Positions 57,623 through 64,000 of a DNA stretch of 64,000 nucleotides are shown here, one piece after another (position 1 is the first letter of the stretch; the number at the start of each line of letters is the position of its first letter). A program made the translations under genes and the position numbers. Below the pieces are notes generated by a model that was not told the DNA's origin, did not search any database, and worked only from the letters and a program-made list of their open reading frames with translations. Source of the DNA: a bacterium (GTDB taxonomy: Bacteria; Bacteroidota; Bacteroidia; UKL13-3); NCBI GenBank assembly GCA_034439755.1, contig JAWXAZ010000008.1:44797-108796 (forward strand). Reading direction: 5' to 3'.

Positions 57623-57630
57623 CAAATATA
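57623..57630 (-). promoter_or_regulatory. candidate Bacteroidota -7 promoter element (TAnnTTTG) for tRNA-Asp
   Basis: The minus strand reads TATATTTG, ending about 19 nt upstream of the mature tRNA 5' end. Confidence 0.3.
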
Positions 57631-57733
57631 GAAATATATTTTTATTTGTCAAGTACCTTTTTAAAAATTTTGTAAATAGTTCTAAATACTTAAAATTGCA
57701 TTGCTTAAAAATGGCAAAAGTTAATAATTATAT

Positions 57734-58687
57734 ATGGCACATTTTGATTTCGAAAAACCTATTCAAGAACTAGAAGACCAGTTAGAAGAAGTAATGAAGG
57801 TTCATGAAAAGGGCAAAGTTGATATGCATTCCAAAATGGAAGAGTTGAAACTTAAAATCCTTGAAACAAAAAAAGAAGTTTATAGCAAACTTAATGGTTG
57901 GCAACGCGTTCAAATTAGTCGCCACCCAGACAGACCTTATACCCTAGATTATATTGAAAACTGTTTCGACAATTTTATTGAGCTTCATGGCGATAGAACC
58001 GTGAAGGACGATAAAGCCATGGTGGGTGGATTTGCCTCTATTAATGGCACTAGTGTAATGGTTATTGGTCAGCAAAAAGGTCGCAATACCAAGCAACGTC
58101 AATTTAGAAACTTTGGCATGCCTAACCCAGAAGGGTACAGAAAGGCTTTGCGTTTGATGAAAATGGCAGAACGCTTTCAATTGCCTATAGTGTGTTTAAT
58201 AGACACGCCGGGTGCATCTCCAGGCCTAGAGGCAGAAGAACGCGGACAAGGTGAGGCTATTGCTAGGAACCTATATGAAATGAGCGTATTTAAGGTGCCT
58301 ATCGTTTGTATTATTATTGGCGAAGGCGCATCGGGTGGTGCATTGGGAATTGGTGTGGGAGATCGCGTTTTAATGATGGAGAATACATGGTATTCTGTAA
58401 TATCGCCAGAATCTTGCTCTTCTATTCTTTGGAGAAGCTGGGAGCATAAAGAAAAAGCAGCGGAGGCGTTAAAATTAACGGCTACTGATATGCTTAATAA
58501 TAAATTGATCGACGGCATTATTCCTGAGCCACTGGGCGGCGCTCATGCAGATACCGCGCAAAACTATATTACCTTTAAAGAAAACCTTGCGATAGAGTTA
58601 AACAATTTAATTGGTATAGACGCCGATAAATTGGTTCAGACCAGAATTGAAAAATTCTCTTTGATGGGTGATTTTATTGAAGGGTAG
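57734..58687 (+). CDS. accA: acetyl-CoA carboxylase carboxyltransferase subunit alpha
   Basis: 317 aa. Motifs [51 protein letters not shown]. Confidence 0.92.
   Translation: MAHFDFEKPIQELEDQLEEVMKVHEKGKVDMHSKMEELKLKILETKKEVYSKLNGWQRVQISRHPDRPYTLDYIENCFDNFIELHGDRTVKDDKAMVGGFASINGTSVMVIGQQKGRNTKQRQFRNFGMPNPEGYRKALRLMKMAERFQLPIVCLIDTPGASPGLEAEERGQGEAIARNLYEMSVFKVPIVCIIIGEGASGGALGIGVGDRVLMMENTWYSVISPESCSSILWRSWEHKEKAAEALKLTATDMLNNKLIDGIIPEPLGGAHADTAQNYITFKENLAIELNNLIGIDADKLVQTRIEKFSLMGDFIEG
58633..58642 (-). repeat. over-represented motif copy (GGTCTGAACC)
   Basis: Exact copy; the plus strand reads AATTGGTTCAGACCAGAATT. Inside accA, read as KLVQTR. Confidence 0.9.
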
Positions 58688-58703
58688 GTTTTGAAGTAGT
58701 AAG

Positions 58704-58754
58704 TATGAGTTATGAGATATGAGTTGGGGAGAAAACCTAAACTCATAACTCATA
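58704..58754. repeat. 13-bp perfect inverted repeat built from heptamer repeats
   Basis: TATGAGTTATGAG (58704-58716) pairs with CTCATAACTCATA (58742-58754). The left side is TATGAGT-TATGAGA-TATGAGT in tandem. Lies between convergent accA and the FDH alpha gene. No flanking U-tract. Confidence 0.6.
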
Positions 58755-58758
58755 ATTA

Positions 58759-61485
58759 TCAATTCAAAGTTGCAAATTTACCTTTGCTTTTTCGGATGTT
58801 TACCGATACAATTTTGTATTCTGGGCAGAGTGCTTCGCTGTCGTGTTCGTCACTGGTTATAACGTTTAGCAAAACCTCTGGAAAGTGAAATGTGGTGCTT
58901 AATATGCCCGGCCTAACCTCATCTGTAATTCTTGCTTTGATATCTACTTTTCCTCTAGGTGATTCCACACAAACCATATCTCCTTCATGGATTAAATTAT
59001 TTTGGGCATCTTCAGGATTTATCAACAAAACATCTTCTGTATGGATATGAACATTGCTTGTCCTTCTAGTCATGGTGCCAGAATTGTAATGTTCTAGTTC
59101 TCTGTTTGTGGTAATAATATAAGGATACTCTTTGCTGTGTTTAGTAAGCTCGCCAGATTCTTTCCAATCAAAATAATGGAATTTGCCTTTGCCCCTGTTA
59201 AAGGCTCCATCAATGTGCAATATTTCTGTGTCTGAACCATCTTCTTTTACAGGCCATTGCTTGCCATTATCTCCTAGCTCCTCCCATTTAACGCCTTTAA
59301 AGAATGGCACAATTTGAGAAATTTCTTTCAGCATGGTATCTGCATCATATGGTGCTTGCTTATAACCCATGCGATTCATAATTTCAACAATGATTTGTCC
59401 ATCCGACTTAGTGCCAGCTAATGGTTCCACCACTTTCTGTACCTTCTGAATTCTTCTTTCAGCATTGGTAAAGGTGCCGCTTTTTTCTAGGAATGATGCT
59501 CCAGGTAATATTACGGTTGCATATTTTGCTGTTTCGGTCATGAATAATTCTTGAACCACCAATAATTCCAAATTCTTCATTGCCGCAATTACCTTATTGG
59601 TATTTGGATCGGTATGAACCACGTCTTCACCCATTAACCACATTGCCTTGAGCTTTCCTTCTATAGAAGCTTCAAACATTTCAGGAATTTTTAATCCCTT
59701 GCTAAATGGAATTTTAGTTTTATAAAATGCTTCATATTGCTTGTTAATTTCTGGATCATAAGAATCCATATAACCTGCACCTTGATGCGGCTGACAACCC
59801 ATATCTGCTGCTCCTTGTACATTATTTTGTCCGCGCAATGGGTTCACACCAACCCCTCTCCTGCCAATGTTACCTGTAATCATTGCCAAATCAGAGATGA
59901 GCATAACGGTAAACGAACCTTGAGAATGTTCTGTTACACCTAAACCATGAAACGACATGGCATTGGGTGCTTTGGCATAAGCGATGGCAGCAGATTTTAC
60001 TAAATGCTTATCAACACTAGTAATAGCTGATAGTTCATCCATATCCAATTTCAATATCTGCTCACAAAAATCTTGATAACCTTCTGTGCTGGCTTCTATA
60101 AACTGAGTATCTGCAACCCCTTCGCTGATGATATAATAAAGCATCATATTTAACAAAGCCACATTGGTACCAGGTTTTAATTGCAAATGATAGGTAGCAT
60201 ACCTTGCCATTTCGGTGCGTCTTGGATCAATCACAATACTTGGCTTACCTTTCATGGCAAACTGTTTTAACTTAGCGCCAGTAACAGGATGTGCATCTGT
60301 AGGGTTTGCACCTATGACCATAATGCAATCTGTATGTTTTAAATCTATAACAGAGTTTGTAGCAGCACCTGTACCAAAAGATCTTTGCATACCAAGCGCT
60401 GTGGGCGAGTGACAAACACGTGCACAACAGTCGATATTATTGGTTCCTATTACTGCCCTAATAAATTTTTGCATGAGGTAATTTTCCTCATTGGTGCATC
60501 TGGCCGATGAAATGCCTGCAACAGAATCTGGTCCGTGTTGCTTTAAAATATCGGTTAGTTTGTTGGCAATAAAATCGTATGCCTCATCCCAGGTGGCAGG
60601 TTCAAGCGTTCCGTTTCTTCTAATTAATGGCGTTTTGATCCTATCAGGATGCTTATAAAATGAGAAGGCAAATCTTCCTTTTAGGCAGGTATGCCCTTGA
60701 TTTACGGCCGAGTTATATGGCGCCTGAATAGACTTCACTTTGCCATTTACCTTTGCCACTTCTAACTGACAACCTACCCCACAATAAGTACAAATGGTTT
60801 TAACTTTCTCGTCAACTGCAATTGATTTAGATTCAAACACATCGCTAATGGCAGAGGTTGGACAAGCTTGGGCGCAGGCACCACAACTTACACAATCAGA
60901 TTCCATAAAGCTGGTTTCATTGCCCTTTACAATATGGCTATCAAAGCCCCTACCGGCCATGCTTAAGACAAACTGACCTTGCACCTCATCGCATGCACGC
61001 ACACAACGTGCACAATTAATGCATTTGCTCATATCGCTTGTCATGTATGGGTGACTCAAATCTTTTTTGCGGTCTAAGTGATTTTTACCGGCAGGATAAC
61101 GCACATCACGCACGCCAACTTTTGCCGCCACAGTTTGCAACTCGCAATTGTTGTTTACCTCACAGGTTAAACAATCTAAAGGATGATCGGTTAGCACCAA
61201 TTCAACAATATTCTTACGCAACTTTTGTATGCGATCTGAACTTGGGTAAATATAAGAATTTGCCATAACAGGCGTATGACAAGAGGCTTGGGCTTTTGAT
61301 GGGCCGTCTTGAACCAAAGCCACATCCACGCTACACACGCGGCAAGCGCCATAAGGATCTAGATTAGGCGCATCGCATAAAGTTGGAACCAACTCCTCGC
61401 CTTTTATTCTTTTTACAAAGGCAAGAATGGTTTCGCCCACCTTAATTTCATGTGCTTCGTTATCAATAAATGCAATCTGACTCAT
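58759..61485 (-). CDS. formate dehydrogenase alpha subunit (NAD-dependent type, Mo/W-bis-MGD; Cys active site)
   Basis: 908 aa. N-terminal 2Fe-2S and multiple 4Fe-4S Cys clusters (NuoG-like), a molybdopterin oxidoreductase domain with CCARVCHSPT, and a C-terminal MopB_CT barrel. No in-frame TGA. Confidence 0.85.
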   Translation of the reverse strand: MSQIAFIDNEAHEIKVGETILAFVKRIKGEELVPTLCDAPNLDPYGACRVCSVDVALVQDGPSKAQASCHTPVMANSYIYPSSDRIQKLRKNIVELVLTDHPLDCLTCEVNNNCELQTVAAKVGVRDVRYPAGKNHLDRKKDLSHPYMTSDMSKCINCARCVRACDEVQGQFVLSMAGRGFDSHIVKGNETSFMESDCVSCGACAQACPTSAISDVFESKSIAVDEKVKTICTYCGVGCQLEVAKVNGKVKSIQAPYNSAVNQGHTCLKGRFAFSFYKHPDRIKTPLIRRNGTLEPATWDEAYDFIANKLTDILKQHGPDSVAGISSARCTNEENYLMQKFIRAVIGTNNIDCCARVCHSPTALGMQRSFGTGAATNSVIDLKHTDCIMVIGANPTDAHPVTGAKLKQFAMKGKPSIVIDPRRTEMARYATYHLQLKPGTNVALLNMMLYYIISEGVADTQFIEASTEGYQDFCEQILKLDMDELSAITSVDKHLVKSAAIAYAKAPNAMSFHGLGVTEHSQGSFTVMLISDLAMITGNIGRRGVGVNPLRGQNNVQGAADMGCQPHQGAGYMDSYDPEINKQYEAFYKTKIPFSKGLKIPEMFEASIEGKLKAMWLMGEDVVHTDPNTNKVIAAMKNLELLVVQELFMTETAKYATVILPGASFLEKSGTFTNAERRIQKVQKVVEPLAGTKSDGQIIVEIMNRMGYKQAPYDADTMLKEISQIVPFFKGVKWEELGDNGKQWPVKEDGSDTEILHIDGAFNRGKGKFHYFDWKESGELTKHSKEYPYIITTNRELEHYNSGTMTRRTSNVHIHTEDVLLINPEDAQNNLIHEGDMVCVESPRGKVDIKARITDEVRPGILSTTFHFPEVLLNVITSDEHDSEALCPEYKIVSVNIRKSKGKFATLN

Positions 61486-61497
61486 AAATAAATTTCT

Positions 61498-63150
61498 TTA
61501 TGCTTGAAAATAAGGTATTAATTCTTCTTTAAAATACTGCAAGGCATTTCTTATAGGCAATGGCAAACCACCGCCCAAGGCACATAATGAACCTATCTCC
61601 ATGGTGGTAATTAAATCATCAAATAAGACAGCATCAATTTTGTCCCCATCGCCTTTTGCGCCCTTTATTAACTCATGGCCTCGGGTTGATCCTAACCTAC
61701 ATGGAAAGCACTTTCCACAACTTTCGTGGGCAGTAAACTGAAACAAATGTTCTATATAATCGATGATGGGATAATCGTTTGGCAAACAAACCACCGAGGC
61801 ATGTCCCAACAAAAATTTCTGTGAAGCAAAGGTTTCAAAATCGATACTTAAATCGCCAATCTTGCTCATTGGCACCAATCCGCCTAATGGTCCGCCAATG
61901 TGCATGGCTTTAATGGGCGATTTAAATCCCATTCCCAATTCTTCAATCACCACTTTTAGTGGCGTTCCCATTTCCACCTCATAAATTCCGGGTCTATTAA
62001 AAAAGCCATCCAATGAAACCAATTTTGTTCCACTCGATTTGCCCTTTCCAAGGGCGGCAAATGCAGCCCCACCATTTTTAATTACATAAGGAATATTGGC
62101 CAATGTTTCCACATTATTTACAACAGTTGGCTTGTTAAACAAACCTTGCTGGGTAGGATAAGGCGGCCTTACACGCACCTCTGGTCTTTGTCCTTCAATG
62201 CTAGAAAGCAATGCGGTTTCTTCCCCGCAAATATAAGCCCCTAGGCCAGGAATTATTTTAAAATCAAAGTTAAAGCCTGAGCCAAATATATCTTTTCCGA
62301 TATACCCCTTTTGGCGCAAAAACTCGATGGCAATGCGCGTATTTTCAATTGACTTTGGATACTCGGCCCTAATGTATAAAACACCCGCACTAGCACCCAT
62401 CACATAACCCGCCAACATCATTCCAAGCAATACCAAGTGCACCTGTTGCTCCAATAAATACCTATCGCTGTATGCACCTGGGTCGCCCTCATCTGCATTA
62501 CAAACAACAAATTTGGCGGTACCGGGTGTATTTTTTGCCGACTCTAACTTAAACCCAATTGGGAATCCAGCACCACCTCTACCGCGCAAACCAGAAGCTT
62601 TCAACTCGGCTAATAATGCATCTGGCGTTTGGTTCAGGGCATGTTTCCATAACGCATAAAAAGCAGTGGGATCTTGTGGTGTTGAGGTTAATATTTGTTG
62701 ACCGTAACTGCCTACATAATATGATTCTTGCTTTGGGTAAACATCCCTTTTTATGTCATCTAAATGCGCAATTGCCTGGCCCGAGTAGTTGCTCCCATTA
62801 TAATGAAAGGCGCCATTTTCGTGACACCTTCCCAAACAACACATTTCGCCTACTTGGTCTGAACCAAACTCTTTTTGGAGCGCAGCATGAATATTGTTTT
62901 GCGTACCTGCGGTTAAGCATGAGCTGCCGTTACAGACAAACACTTTTTTACCTTTATTTTGGGGACGTAAAAAATCGTAAAAACTTGTGGTGCCAAATAC
63001 ATTGGCTTTGCCAAATAAAAATTCCTCTGCCAACAAATCGAGGTCTTTAGCATTTGGCGTTCCAGATTCCCTGGCAAGAACTCCCAACTCTTCGAAAAGA
63101 TTTTTATCCAACCCTTTACGACCAGAAAGTTCACTTAAATTTTTCGACAT
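61498..63150 (-). CDS. NuoE-like/NuoF-like fused diaphorase subunit of formate dehydrogenase (NAD, FMN and Fe-S binding)
   Basis: N-terminal thioredoxin-like 2Fe-2S domain (CNGSSCLTAG...CLGRCHENGA). NuoF core GLRGRGGAGFP, CNADEGDPGA, and 4Fe-4S ESCGKCFPCR. 12 nt upstream of the alpha subunit gene. Confidence 0.85.
   Translation of the reverse strand: MSKNLSELSGRKGLDKNLFEELGVLARESGTPNAKDLDLLAEEFLFGKANVFGTTSFYDFLRPQNKGKKVFVCNGSSCLTAGTQNNIHAALQKEFGSDQVGEMCCLGRCHENGAFHYNGSNYSGQAIAHLDDIKRDVYPKQESYYVGSYGQQILTSTPQDPTAFYALWKHALNQTPDALLAELKASGLRGRGGAGFPIGFKLESAKNTPGTAKFVVCNADEGDPGAYSDRYLLEQQVHLVLLGMMLAGYVMGASAGVLYIRAEYPKSIENTRIAIEFLRQKGYIGKDIFGSGFNFDFKIIPGLGAYICGEETALLSSIEGQRPEVRVRPPYPTQQGLFNKPTVVNNVETLANIPYVIKNGGAAFAALGKGKSSGTKLVSLDGFFNRPGIYEVEMGTPLKVVIEELGMGFKSPIKAMHIGGPLGGLVPMSKIGDLSIDFETFASQKFLLGHASVVCLPNDYPIIDYIEHLFQFTAHESCGKCFPCRLGSTRGHELIKGAKGDGDKIDAVLFDDLITTMEIGSLCALGGGLPLPIRNALQYFKEELIPYFQA
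62856..62865 (+). repeat. over-represented motif copy (GGTCTGAACC)
   Basis: Exact copy; context TACTTGGTCTGAACCAAACT. Inside the NuoF-like CDS, antisense to the coding strand (codons read EFGSDQ). Confidence 0.9.
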
Positions 63151-63261
63151 ATACCTTGTAGAATTATATTTCGTTTATCAATTTTTCGGATGCTTTGGCA
63201 AGGTAATAAAAAAGAAGGTTTGAAAAGCAATTTTACAAAGCTTATTATCGCTTTTATTTTC

Positions 63262-64000
63262 ATGAATCCCCGTAAGCTGATAAATATTAAAAAAAACAAT
63301 AAAAACGGACTGCTATTAGGGCTATTTTTCCTGCTTGGATTTTGGGCTGTGGGTCAGGAATACTTTAACCCCAATGACCTTAAAAATCCTAAGAAAAATG
63401 GGCCTGCTGTGAAGGCAAAATTTAAGGAAGAGTTGGTTTATGAGTATAAAGTTCCTAAAGGAAAGCATGCAGTATTTTTAAAAAATGGCTTAAGGAGTTC
63501 TAACTTTATTGCGCCTCAATTATGGAGCAATATAAGAGATACGGTATACCCATACAGGGTAGATATTGTATATTCTAGGTATCCTGTGCACGATGGTGTT
63601 TACAACGAAATTTATCCTTTATTGTGCAATAGACTTATTCATTTGTTTGATTTGGACCCATCGTTAAACGATGTAGATTTATCTTGGCGAACCATTTTGC
63701 AAACGCATATAGACAATGATGAGCAGGTGAATACCCTTTTTCATGGAGTAGTTATTTGGTATAGAACACCTGCGGAAGAAGGCGCATTAGGCGATAATAA
63801 GGATTCCATTTCTGGCGCAAAGCCATTGGATCAGACCGAAAAATTGATCCAAGGTGGATACCAAGAAATGGTAAGCACCATTGAAGGCATGAAGGCTAGC
63901 TCTTTGATAAGCGATTCTTTAAAACAGGCCTTAATTGCCAAGCCATTAGATGTGCAAAAGCAAATTTTGCAAGCGCAACTTTCTATGCCAGCGCCTAAAG
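63262..64000 (+). CDS. hypothetical secreted protein, C-terminus cut by window edge
   Basis: Not in the ORF track. From ATG 63262 I read 246 codons without a stop to the window end (MNPRKLINIKKNNKNGLLLGLFFLLGFWAVGQEYFNPN...). Signal-anchor-like N-terminus. Divergent from the FDH operon. Confidence 0.65.
   Translation, partial: MNPRKLINIKKNNKNGLLLGLFFLLGFWAVGQEYFNPNDLKNPKKNGPAVKAKFKEELVYEYKVPKGKHAVFLKNGLRSSNFIAPQLWSNIRDTVYPYRVDIVYSRYPVHDGVYNEIYPLLCNRLIHLFDLDPSLNDVDLSWRTILQTHIDNDEQVNTLFHGVVIWYRTPAEEGALGDNKDSISGAKPLDQTEKLIQGGYQEMVSTIEGMKASSLISDSLKQALIAKPLDVQKQILQAQLSMPAPK
63828..63837 (-). repeat. over-represented motif copy (GGTCTGATCC)
   Basis: Exact copy; the minus strand reads TTTTTCGGTCTGATCCAATG. 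Inside the last ORF (read PLDQTE). TTGGATCA 63826-63833 is repeated inverted as TGATCCAA at 63845-63852. Confidence 0.9.

Noticed and set aside
58759-61485. Selenocysteine-containing formate dehydrogenase with a SECIS element.
   Set aside because: The ORF is uninterrupted, and the active-site position is encoded as Cys (CCARVCHSPT). There is no in-frame TGA to recode.
62559-63223. Plus-strand ORFs 62559-63050 (163 aa) and 62987-63223, and minus-strand ORF 62913-63134.
   Set aside because: They overlap the NuoE/F-like gene, whose Fe-S and FMN motifs fix the true frame. They are shadow ORFs. The same applies to the other short track ORFs embedded in parE, gyrA, the M1 and M16 peptidases, the TonB receptor, HtrA, DUF1573, mutY, rng, queG, accA and the FDH alpha gene.
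9941-63837. The idea that the motif GGTTCGAACC is tRNA T-arm (GGTTCGAATCC) debris or a SINE-like element.
   Set aside because: The loop is one base short. The dominant form is GGTCTGAWCC. No acceptor or anticodon-like flanks exist, and the only conserved flanks are TTTC and AAA.
1-64000. CRISPR arrays, rRNA genes, prophage, integrase, toxin-antitoxin or other defence-island content.
   Set aside because: There are no spaced direct-repeat arrays. The only structured RNA gene recognised is the single tRNA-Asp. I found no nuclease, ATPase or unknown-gene operon typical of defence systems. The gene content is core housekeeping plus secreted proteins.

Overview
A 64-kb chromosomal window from a low-GC Bacteroidota genome, probably Flavobacteriales-like. 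The evidence is T9SS C-terminal sorting domains, gldD/gldE, a TonB receptor with a DUF4249-type partner, and a TAnnTTTG-type -7 box. I call about 50 protein genes. Most are housekeeping: parE, gyrA, dnaN, mutY, ssb, HU, rng, queG, mnmA, accA, accC, fdhD, an NAD-type formate dehydrogenase pair, a Sir2 deacylase and HtrA. There is also a run of secreted or T9SS-sorted peptidases (M1, M28, M16, S8), two giant SBBP-repeat surface proteins and one tRNA-Asp(GUC). I see no rRNA, CRISPR array, intact mobile element or recognisable defence operon. The most unusual signal is at the DNA level. An asymmetric motif of about 17 nt, TTTCGGTCTGA(A/T)CCAAA (core GGTCTGAWCC, or the palindromic variant GGTTCGAACC), occurs at least 18 times exactly, with many one-error variants. 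It lies inside unrelated genes in at least five of the six possible reading frames and in spacers, in both orientations, sometimes as inverted pairs at gene ends. That pattern resembles DNA-uptake-sequence-like genome signatures, which to my knowledge have not been described in Bacteroidota. Other notable items: a 74-bp near-perfect tandem duplication spanning the ends of two convergent genes; two decayed relics of one IS4-family transposase that explain two oversized spacers; an untracked 29-codon, highly basic ORF with its own strong terminator; and isolated perfect DnaA boxes in promoter regions. All motif counts were made by eye and may be incomplete.
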